From assembly GCA_002269645.1 (NCBI GenBank), contig NIVC01004302.1, positions 1 to 51,276 on the forward strand: a DNA stretch of 51,276 nucleotides, read 5' to 3'. A program made the translations under genes and the position numbers. Origin of the DNA: Macrostomum lignano. Its lineage: Eukaryota. Under the pieces are notes generated by a model that made no database searches, had not been told where the DNA came from, and saw only the letters and a program-made list of their open reading frames with translations. Below are positions 39,770 through 50,532 of the stretch, in pieces (the first letter of the stretch is position 1; each line of letters begins with the position of its first letter).

Positions 39770-40840
39770 TTAGTCAATCAAGAAACCAATCAATCAATCA
39801 ATCGAATGATCAATCAGTGATTAAGCAATCAATCGATCAATAAGCCAATCAACCAATCAATCAATCAATCAGTCAGTCAAACAATCGATCAGTAATCAAG
39901 AAAGCAATCAATCAATCAGTCAGTCAATCAATCAATCAGTAATCAAGCAATCAATCAATCAATAAGCCAATCAATCAATCAATAAATCAATGGATAAATT
40001 AATCAGTCAATCAATCCGTCCATCAGCAATAAATCAATCACGATTAATCAGTCAGTCAGTCAATCAATCAATCAGTCAATCAATCAATCAGCCAATCAAT
40101 CAATCAGTCAATCAATCAGTCAATTAATCAGTCAGTCAATCAGTCAATCAATCATTATTCAATCAACCAATTAATCAGTCCATCAGCAATCAATCAATCA
40201 CGATTAATCAGTCAGTCAATCAATCAATCAGTCAATCAGTCAATTAATCAGTCAATTAATCAGTCAGTCAATCAGTAAATCAATCATTATTCTAATCAAC
40301 CAATTAATCAGTCCATCAGCAATCAATCAATCACGATTAATTAATCAGTCAATCAATCAATCAGTCAGTCAATCAATCAGTCAATCAATCAGTCAATCAA
40401 TCAGTAAATTAATCAGTCAGTCAGTTAGTCAATCAGTCAATCAATCAGTCAATCAATCAGTCAATCAATCAATCAGTCAATCAATCAGTCAATTAATCAG
40501 TCAGTCAGTCAATCAGTCAATCAATCATTATTCAATCAACCAATTAATCAGTCCATCAGCAATCATTCAATCACGATTAGTCAGTCAGTCAATCAATCAA
40601 TCAGTCAATCAATCAATCAATCAGTCAGTCAATCAGTCAATCAATCATTATTCAATCAACCAATTAATCAGTCCATCCGCAATCAATCAATCACGATTAA
40701 TCAGTTAGTCATTCAATCAATCAGTCAATCAATCAATCAATCAGTCAATCAATCAGCCCATCAATCAATCAATCAGTCCATCAATCAATCAATCAGTCAA
40801 TCGAAAATCAATCAAGCAGTCAATCAAAAATCAATCAATG
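39770..40840. repeat. (ATCA/GTCA)n microsatellite with larger repeated blocks
   Basis: ATCAATCAGTCA tetramers. The block ATTATTCAATCAACCAATTAATCAGTCCATCAGCAATC recurs several times. A similar tract lies at 37020-37372. Confidence 0.93.
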
Positions 40841-41759
40841 AGTCATTTAATGTGCCTAGACTACCACTCAGTTCATTAGCCATTATTAAATAAACAAATA
40901 ATGTATCATTAAACCAATCTACTCGATCCAGACATCATTCTATTCTGGTCTGCGGTTTTTTATAAGCCTTATCCAGGATAAAAAAATCACTAGAAGCTCA
41001 TATTTGCAAACTTATTTAATAAAAAAACAAACATCTGACAGAGTAGTTTTGGAACGCCTGATAGGAGTGAATGAAAGGTTTCTTGGAAACTGACAAATCT
41101 TTTTTGTAAGGCACGATTAAATAAAGTTAATTAAGAAGTTCAGCATGCTTTGAGGCTCAACCGCAGATTAACAAAAAACAATAGACGGTTATAAGAGCAA
41201 AAATAATCTAAAGAAAAAAAACGCGCAGATAAAAAATGTTTAATAGGAAAAGGCGACTCATTGTGAGTGCGTACGAACAATGATAGGACCAGAAAAATAG
41301 TCAATGAAAAAGAAAAAAAGGAAATGAAAAACAAAATAGTCAGTTCGATATATTTGCCATGTTCGATACGCATCAATCTAGATATTGTTAAACTGAAGAA
41401 ATATTGCAATGAACAAGTTGGCTCAAAAAGAACCAACCGATAAAAATAACAAAACGAGTCCTCGTGAAGAAAATTGTTTACTCTTGGTCGCTTAGCAACT
41501 GTCAGCAAGATGTCAATCAGCAGCTGGACGGCGAGAGCTTTGCATTGACTACTTTAGTAGTCCGCCAGCGTCAGGGTTTGGCTGAAATTGCAAATTTTTA
41601 TTCCATTTTTAACATTTGCGTAGGAAACTTTTACAATGCATCAACTATTTTTAAAGGATTTTTACTCAAATCGTACTACTTAAAGAATTTGTATCAGAAG
41701 TATCTGTACAAAAACTATAGATATGCAAAAGCATTATTGCTGGAATACAGAAAAGCTCA

Positions 41760-43015
41760 CTGATGGATCACGGGTGGCTGACTGAAGGATCAGGGGTGGC
41801 TTACTGAAGGATCAGGGGTTGGCTCACTGATGGATCAGAGTTTGGCTCACTGATGGATCAGGGGGTGGCTCACTGATGGATAAGAAGTAGCTTACTGAAG
41901 GATCAGGGGTGGCTCACTGATGGATCAGGGGTGGCTCACTGATGGATAAGAAGTAGCTTACTGAAGGATCAGGGGTGGCTCACTGATGGATCAGGGGTGG
42001 CTCACTGATGGATCAGGGGTGGCTCACTGATGGATAAGGGGTAGCTTACTGAAGGATCAGGGGGTGGCTCACTCATTGATTAGGGGGTGGCTCACGGAAG
42101 GATCAGGGGTGGCTAACTGATGGATAAGGGGGTGGCTCACTGAAGGATCAGGTTGGCTCACTGATGGATCAGAGTTTGGCTCACTGATGGATCAGGGGGT
42201 GGCTCACTGATGGATAAGAAGTAGCTTACTGAAGGATCAGGGGGTGGCTCACTGATGGATAAGAAGTAGCTTACTGAAGGATCAGGGGTGGCTCACTGAT
42301 GGATCAGGGGTGGCTCACTGATGGATCAGGGGTGGTTCACTGATGGATAAGGGGTAGCTTACTGAAGGATCAGGGGGTGGCTCACTCATTGATTAGGGGG
42401 TGGCTCACGGAAGGATCAGGGGTGGCTAACTGATGGATAAGGGGTGGCTCACTGAAGGATAAGGGGGTGGCACACTGATGGATCAGGGGGTGGCTCACTG
42501 ATGGATAAGGGGTAGCTTACTGAAGGATCAGGGGGTGGCTCACTCATTGATTAGGGGGTGGCTCACTGAAGGATCAGGGGTGGCTCACTGATGGATTAGG
42601 GGGTGGCTCACGGAAGGATCAGGGGTGGCTAACTGATGGATAAGGGGGTGGCTCACTGATGGATCAGAGTTTGGCTCACTGATGGATCAGGGGTAGCTCA
42701 CTGAAGGATCAGGGGTGGCTCACTGATGGATTAGGGGGTGGCTCACTGAAGGATCAGGGGATGGCTCACTGATCGATAAGGGGGTGGCTCACTCATTGAT
42801 TAGGGGGTGGCTCACTGAAGGATCAGGGGTGGCTCACTGATGGATTAGGGGGTGGCTCACGGAAGGATCAGGGGTGGCTAACTGATGGATAAGGGGGTGG
42901 CTCACTGATGGATCAGAGTTTGGCTCACTGATGGATCAGGGGTGGTTCACTGAAGGATAAGGGGGTGGCTCACTGAAGGATCAGGGGTAGCTCACTGATG
43001 GATATGGGGTGGCTG
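41760..43015. repeat. 22-23 bp G-rich minisatellite
   Basis: GGATCAGGGGTGGCTCACTGA(T/A) tandem units with variants. Confidence 0.96.
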
Positions 43016-43237
43016 ACTGTATACTCGCTTGGCTATCCCAATTTAAGCGCATATTTTTCATTAGTACATTTTTACTAACTTTCAACAGGAGCAGCAGCTA
43101 AAGCATGCAGGCAGGCGGGCTCACAGTTAGGAGCCAGCCGGGAGAGGGGAAGGCAGACAAGCCAGAATTTGCTTGAGTACACGCCCGTGCCCCCGAACTG
43201 TACACTTGGTGGCCACGCATTTTCCGCTTCCCGCCTA

Positions 43238-43251
43238 GTTGCCATGGTAAC
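43238..43251. promoter_or_regulatory. RFX X-box
   Basis: GTTGCCATGGTAAC, a consensus match in non-repetitive DNA downstream of the CDC50 stop and upstream of the Grx-DEP-DUF547 gene. Confidence 0.45.
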
Positions 43252-43498
43252 CAGTATATGGAAAGCAACAGAACCAGCATTGTCGGGTGTGTACGTATTG
43301 GGAGAATAATAATCTCTCCAGGATAGAGGAAATGCGGCGCCGCGAGAGAGGCTGGGGGGGGAGCGAAGGAAAAGAAGATATGCAAAAATGCAAGAGCGCT
43401 TCTCTCCATACTGGCTCATGCAGGTAATGCAGGTAAATCCACAGCATAGAGCTTCATAGTCTTCATCTAGAAATTTTAGACATGCATTGACAAAAAAC

Positions 43499-45301
43499 TC
43501 ACAGCATGGATCGCGGCTTTGCTGTGGGTTGCTGCTGCTGCTGCTGCTGAGTAGCCAGCTCCCCATCCTCCAATTGCTCAATCTCCTCCATCTCGAGGTC
43601 CGCCTTCTCGTGCCGATGAGTGAGCTGGTCGTTTTCAACCAGGTTGGAGACGGATGCGGTGCAGCTGCGCGGATCATCAACCGGCTGGCTGACGGAGAGA
43701 ATCGCGCTGAATTGTTGGGGGGGGGGAGTCGAGCTTATGGAGGGGCTTATGACAGTTTCATTTTCAGTATCACCTAGAGCTAGTTAAATGCTCAAATCTC
43801 AAATCATTCTTCCATTTCTCACCTCTTTTATCAACTCTTCATTCCTGACTGTCAACTCCTCTTCATTCCTCACTATCAACTCCTCTTCATTCCTCACTAT
43901 AAAGTCTTCATTCCTCACTATCAACTCTTCATTTCTCACTATCAACTCTTCATTCATCACTATCAACTCTTCATTCCTCACTATAAAGTCTTCATTCCTC
44001 ACTATAAAGTCTTCATTCCTCACTATCAATTCTTCATTCCTCACTATCAACCCTTCATTCCTCACTCTGAAATCCCTATACGTAACTCTGAGTCATTCAT
44101 TTCTAGCACACAACCCTTCTTTGCACTCTGAATTCATCTATTCAAACCGGAACACTCTGAGAAAACTCTAAGAATACCTTCGGCTGGAGTGCAGCTGCAC
44201 CAAAGCCAGCGCCAGACCCATCACAGTGTAGAGACAGCCAACGGCCAGGTAAGCGGCGGCCAGGATGGGATTGCGGCCGCCCATCCAGCCACCGGTGGTG
44301 AGCACCAGGGATTTGGTCCCGGCGAATCCGGTCACGGGGAAAGCGTAAGCCACCTGCGCGAGGTAATTAGCGATAATTATAAAAATGGAACAACTGGATT
44401 TGAGGTGGAAGCCTTTATTTTACTCCTACCTGCAGAGTGTAGGTTCCAGCAGGGAGACCGTTGGCGAAGGCCTCGGGCGTGCCGTTGGCTCCGTGTTCAA
44501 CAATGCGGTGCAGCTTGCGGAAGTTGGGCATAGCGGCAGTTCGCATCCACACCATCAGCTCTTCGTCGTCTTGGTAACCGGCCGGACTGCGCTGCTGGGC
44601 CGAGGCCGGCCATCCAATCGGCTTCGTGCTGACGTTCCAGTTGGCGCCGCGGCCGTACTTGTACATTTGTCGCTGTTCCAGGCGATGCCCTGTCTGGTCC
44701 AGGGCACCTCAAGCGGATCGCCGGCAGTTTGATGATAGAACAGCCGGTAGGAGTCGTTGAACATGCTCTTGGCGATGGCGCCGCACGGGCCACCCACAGT
44801 CCGGTGGAGGCGTCCTGACGGTAGGGATCGCACTCGCTCAGCAAACCGGAGCTGCGCTCTCCCATCAGTTGAAAATCGTCGCGACTTTTAGCGTATTGCC
44901 GGTGACTCTGGTAGAAATTAGTCAATGCGTAGTAGACGTACACTTGGCCGGACATCGCCTGCGATAGAGTTAGCGTCACGTTGCACACACACGATCGATA
45001 GTTGCCATAGTAACCAGGCATAGCAACCAGTTCGGCACAGTACAGACCATTGGCGTCGCGGCACTTGGTGTAGTCGACGCTGGCCTCCTGCACTGACTGG
45101 GCTGACAGGAGCAGCACAACGCCTATTGGATGAAAATTGCTCCAATCAGAAGGCACATTGGGAAGGCATAGCGGGCCGTCATTAGCGGCTGCCAGGCGGG
45201 CAGGCGCTGTTGGTAGAAGTTTGTATCCTTCGGCTTGCTGACGGAGGTGTCCTTAGTTGCCTCCTGCTCAGCGATATCAACACCCCCTTTGATGCCGCCA
45301 T
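43499..45301 (-). CDS. CDC50: CDC50/LEM3 (TMEM30) P4-ATPase flippase beta-subunit; four apparent -1 frameshifts
   Basis: Motifs KPKDTNFYQQRLPAWQP, VYVYYALTNFYQSHRQYAKSRDDFQL, PCGAIAKSMFNDSY, LMVWMRTAAMPNFRKL and SLVLTTGGWMGGRN. Introns 44429-44354 and 44177-43707; terminal exon 43706-43499. Adding one base in each of four homopolymer runs restores the frame. Confidence 0.9.
43795..44065. repeat. 21-24 bp minisatellite in last CDC50 intron
   Basis: TCTTCATTCCTCACTATCAAC tandem units. Confidence 0.9.
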
Positions 45302-47544
45302 TGACTGGGAAAGTTTGTTGAAATATGAAAATTATAAATATGCTAATGATATTTTGGATATATGTCACACCGACTTAAAAAATTTACAGATAACCATTGA
45401 GAGGACAAAAATGTCAGTTTCCTCTAAAAGATGCGTTTAGGTTTTAATTTGAATAGCCTTCAAAAAAATGTATTTATTATGTTGTATAAGCTCATTTCGC
45501 TCATTGGATGTCATAAAAATATGCATACAGTATAAGTTTGCAACTAGAACCACAGCTAGTACTACTATTGAAATTTAGAGCAAAATATTGTATTGCTATG
45601 ATACAAAATTGCAATACTATGATTTTCACTAGATTATCTTCTAAATACTGTATCTAAAACAGTAGAAAATCTAAACTTTCTCAGAATAGCCCCTAAAACA
45701 GATATAAATTTAATGCATTAAATTTGTGAATTATATTTTATATTTATTCAATGAATGTGTTGTGGGCCTGTCTGGCGCCTGCAGTCTGTTGCTTGTTACA
45801 TGAGTTGAATACGAGCTATATAAAATAAGTTAAAATAACTTTGTCTTTTGTTTATAAGATTTAGTATATTAGATAAGCAACTATTTACAAGGCTAAAATG
45901 CCCTTATAAGTCTGCGTAGAACAGCTTTCAGATTACTGGTCTACTAGAAGTGTATCCTGCTCCAAGTCCAAGGTCCATTAAAATAAATTAGACTTAATGC
46001 GGAAGTCAAATAAAATTGTAGAAGCTTTAGAACAGTTTAACACAGAATTTGACACTTTACTTTTCAAGTGCAGTAAAGTGAGTAGCAGTGTGTTAAATAA
46101 TAGCCATTGCTTGTTTTAACTGACTATTAATCAAAAGCAATAGCTTTTAGCTGATTTTTTTGATGGGGTTAATTCAGCGATAATTTAATCTTGCAATCAT
46201 CATATAGACAAATTAGGCCTAGGCTATAGACACAGCGTAATACTTGAGTATGTATTCGTTGCCTAGATGGGTCACTGATATATATATCATTCCTGTGGAA
46301 TTCTTTTGGTGTGACTGAACAGCTGGTATTTAGATTTGACTTGAAAATAATAGGCCTGTTTTTAAATTACTTTTCTTGTTAGTAATTTAGAAATATGCCT
46401 GTATCATTCAAATAATTCCAGTCTCCTGTGGTAGGCCTTCGCCCTTGCTTTGGGCCTTGGGTTAGTTTTTTGGATAAGGGATAAGGAATTTTAGGCTTAG
46501 CCGCTTAGATATTACATCTATGGCTAGGGCTAGACCTATGCGAGTAGCGAGTTCAATATTTCAAGTCCATATATTAAAATCATTTAGTAAAACTAATCTC
46601 TATGACTCTATTATATGACTATATGCTATGCTATTAACAAAAACACTTGTTTAAAAGATCTGGGGCCTATTGGCTATTAGCCCTAACCCTTTTTCTCGGG
46701 TACCAGTTTGTTTTGGTTATGTGATTTTTGCTTATCACCAAAATGACTATTACTCAAACAACTAGGCCTACAAATATTGAAATATAATCTGTCACTACTA
46801 GTGTCTACTTGACCTTGAAGTTGAATATAGGCATACACTACATTGTCACATTGGTTCCTAAAAGTGTATGATCACCAAAATATATACTATAGTAATGGCT
46901 TTAATAATTTATTAGGGCCTAGCCTATTATTATTGACTATTTTAGACTTATAGGTCTAGGCTAGTGTTAGGACTCATACATGCCCAACACCTGTCCAACT
47001 TGTCTGAACTAGACAGGTAAAATGGCTGCTAGCCAAGGTAAGTTGCAAAATCAAAATGCAAAAAACAAAAAAATGGGAGAAAAAAAAGAAAGAAAAGAAA
47101 AGAAAAAAAGGAAGGAGAAAAAGAGAAAAGAAAGAGGAAAGAAAAAGAAAAAGACAAGAGAAGAGAAAAAGGCAAGAAAAGTCATATACAAAGTGAAAAT
47201 TATGTCGCAATCAGGGGAACTAAGTTGCAATTGGGAGGAACTAAGCTACAATCACGAGGAACTAAGTCACAAATCTGAACAAAACTAAGTTGTACTGAAC
47301 AAGTGAAATTTTGAGGTTGGGCATGTATATTAAGGCTATAATCTGATATTCAAATAATAAATTTATATTAATAATATCAAGACAATATATTGCATTAGTT
47401 AGGCAAAATAGGCCAAAAAATGTAAAGAATAATTATTTTTCCATTAATATTTTTATGCTTTATTAATAATTATATAGACTTGTGGTAGAGTTTCTCGCTT
47501 AATTAATAGCAAATAAATAAAGCTTAAGATCAACATTTATGGCG

Positions 47545-47590
47545 AAAACCAACGCGTTTCAACCTACTAGGGCCGTCGTCAGGGTAGGCC
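47545..47590 (-). ncRNA. minimal hammerhead ribozyme motif (PLE, inverted arm)
   Basis: The minus strand reads CTGACGA-C-GGCC-CTAGTA-GGTT-GAAACGCGTT. Confidence 0.6.
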
Positions 47591-50190
47591 CTATATTTTA
47601 TCACTGAACGAAACACTCAATATAAATAAGCAAACGATTGTACTATCTCAAGTGTCAAATTGAAAACGGGAGGGTAACCAATGTACGAAAAACATAAAAC
47701 TAGGGGTTGGAGTTAAGCGAGAATAATGAGAGAGAAGAGAGAGAGAGAAGGCAAACAGATGTAAAAAAACAGTACGCGCAACAAAAAATAGTCAAACTCA
47801 AAACACCCTAAGAAGGTGGCCCGCACCACTATGAAGCAATTGCACATTGAGACTGGGATTTTGAGCTTTGATGTGCAGCGCTTCAAGAATGCTAAGCTTG
47901 AATTCAGAGTTAGCACAGTCGATAATTTTAAACAATTCAATCTGTTCTCTGTCACAGCAGCCCTTGCATTCCAGAAGGTGGTCCTGGATAGCAGATTTTT
48001 CAGCCAATGCTCCCTAACTCTGTGTGCAGGTAGGTGTCTTGGTTTTTCCCACGTAAAAGATATTCTGATCTTCAGAACAACAAAATTTATAGACGACACC
48101 TGCAACTAGAGCACGAGGAACACGGGACTTGAGATTGCTGACAAATTGACCCACCTTGCAGTGCAAAGACAATCCTAATCGGAGTGTTGTACCATTTCTG
48201 AAAAGATCTCTCAAGCTTCTTTTTCAACAAGATAGACGGATACCATAGAACGGCAAGATCATCACGGGTCATCCGGCTTTTTACTACAGGCTTTTTCATC
48301 AGACGCTGAAGCAGCTTAAAGGGAATGACAATATCAAGGTTGTTGGCTATGACAAAGGCTACGGCGTTGCTATCATGGATAGTGATGACTATAAGAGTAA
48401 GCTTAATTGCATTGTGCAGGATCAGGCTAAATTTCAATGTCTTGGAACTGTGAGTGGGTCACTATGGCTCATCCTGTTCTCAAGGCTGAGAGATCTCTTC
48501 AGACTTTTTTGAGGACCCATGCCAAGCAGCATCTTAGCAATGAGATTCTTAAGCGCATTATGCCGAATGGCAGCCAACCTGGCCAGCTGTACGGCCTTTG
48601 CAAAGTTACAAACCTGACAAACCGCTGAGACCGATTGTGTCTATGATTAACACTGCTGAGTATGAACTGGCCAGATACTGTGATTCTCTGATCAAACCAT
48701 GCATACCAAAGGAATTCTCCGTCAACTCTAATTGCCAGTTCATTCAAGCCTTGAGTCAAATCAGTCCGAAAAGTGAGGATTTTCTCTGCAGTTTTGACGT
48801 GACTTCGCTTTTTACAATGTCCCTTTGAAGCTGGCTATTGATCTCGCCACTGATCATGTGTACAATATGAAACCGCCTGGGTTACCAAAGACTGTGTTCA
48901 AAAAGTTGTTAGGCTTCGCTACCTCTGGCATCTTCATGTTTGATGACAAATATTATTGCCAGATTGATGGTTGTGCCATGGGAAGCCCGCTTGCTCCTAC
49001 TCTGGCCAATGTTTGCATGGCGCACTGGAAACGGAGTGGATGTCGCTTGAGTGTGCGCCAACTTTCTACAAGCGCTATGTTGATGACACTTTTGTCATTT
49101 TTGATGACCGGGCTAAGTACCAAGAGTTTTTTCGGGCTCTGAATTCAACCCACAGCAACATCCAATTTACCGTTGAGATGGGAGGTAAAAAACTTCCGTT
49201 TCTCGATGTTGAGGTTGATCTGAGCAGTGGCCAAGTCTCTACTCGGGTTTATCGCAAGCCCACGTTTACTGGTTTACTGTTGAATTTCAATGCCCTCTGT
49301 CCGAAACAGTGGAATATTGGCCTGATCCATTGTATGCTGCACAGAGCTTACTCTCTGTGTAGTTCCTGGCTGCGTTTGATGAGGAGGTGAAAAATTTGAC
49401 TAGGATTTTCAGTATGAACGGATACCCAAAAATCTCATTAGTCGGTTGATTTTCAAGTTTGTCACTGATAAGGTTACTGGCAGACTGCAACAGAATCATA
49501 GTAAAAAGCCGGATGACCCCGTGATGATCTTGCCATTCTATGGTATCCCGTCTATCTTGTTGAAAAAGAAGCTTGAGAGATCTTTTCAGAAATGGTACAA
49601 ACTCCGATTAGGATTGTCTTTCGCACTGCCAAGGTGGGTCAATTTGTCAGCAATCTCAAGTCCCGTGTTCCTCGTGCTCTAGTTGCAGGTGTCGTCTATA
49701 AATTTTGTTGTTCTGAAGATCAGAATATCTTTTACGTGGGAAAAACCAAGACACCTACCTGCACACCAGAGTTAGGAGCATTGGCTGAAAAAATCTGCTA
49801 TCCAGGACCACCTTCTGGAATGCAAGGGCTGCTGTGACAGAGAACAGATTGAATTGTTTAAAATTATCGACTGTGCTAACTCTGAATTCAAGCTTAGCAT
49901 TCTTGAAGCGCTGCACATCAAGCTCAAAATCCCAGTCTCAATGTCAATTGCTCATAGTGGTGCGGGCCACCTTCTTAGGGTGTTTTGAGTTTGACTATTT
50001 TTGTTGCGCGTACATTTTGTGTTTTTACATCTGTTTGCCTCTCTCTCTCTCTTTCTCTCTCATTATTCTCGCTTAACTCCAACCCCTAGTTTTATGTTTT
50101 TCGTACATTGGTTACCCTCCCGTTTTCAATTTGACACTTGAGATAGTACAATCGTTGCTTATTTATATTGAGTGTTTGTTCAGTGATAAA

Positions 50191-50235
50191 ATATACCCTG
50201 ACGACGGCCCTAGTAGGTTGAAACGCGTTGGTTTT
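50191..50235 (+). ncRNA. minimal hammerhead ribozyme motif (PLE 3' region)
   Basis: CTGACGA (50198), stem II GGCC/GGTT with two G-U pairs, GAAAC-GC-GTT, and a short stem I ACC/GGT. Confidence 0.6.
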
Positions 50236-50532
50236 CGCCATAAATGTTGATCTTAAGCTTTAATTATATAGACTACTAATATTTTAATTAATAATTTAAT
50301 TACATTGCCCTAAAGCTTAAGTTTGTGTTTAAGCTTTTGAATTTAATAATTATATTTTACATATAATTTGGTCAGTGCATAGGCCTAGCCATAGCCATAG
50401 GCCTATTTATTTTACAACTATAGAATGTTTTTTCAAAGAATCTATAAAAAATCTAAGTAAAGTCAAAAAGATTTTTTAAGTATTCCTTGAAAATTTAATT
50501 TGTATCACCTTTTGCTATCATTTTCAGATATT

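Larger units (their letters stand above)
47481..50260 (+). mobile_element. 5'-truncated Penelope-like retroelement (RT + GIY-YIG) with an inverted duplicate of its 3' ~800 bp on the left; 14-bp TSD
   Basis: RT motifs YDKGYGVAIM, YGLCK..PLRPIV, SFDVTSLFT, GCAMGSPLAP, YKRYVDDTF, LPFLDV and VYRKPT. GIY-YIG motif GVVYKF...FYVGKT. Segment 47521-48286 is the reverse complement of about 49499-50260. TAATTATATAGACT is repeated at 47467-47480 and 50261-50274. Several frameshifts. Confidence 0.93.

Noticed and set aside
18025-43015. CRISPR-like arrays
   Set aside because: Units are tandem without unique spacers, the DNA is eukaryotic, and there are no cas genes.
43075-43460. Cys-rich 3' part of the 201-aa minus-strand ORF as a separate gene
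   Set aside because: No family recognised and no phase-compatible splice from the CDC50 tail exon; more likely UTR or promoter DNA containing the X-box.
45001-45014. Third X-box match GTTGCCATAGTAAC
   Set aside because: It lies inside CDC50 coding sequence (GYYGN codons) and is explainable by coding constraint.
43499-45301. CDC50 as a pseudogene
   Set aside because: All lesions are -1 homopolymer losses, with no nonsense codons and intact splice sites.
46974-47288. Lys/Arg/Glu-rich and Phe-rich ORFs
   Set aside because: Translations of a low-complexity A/G tract.
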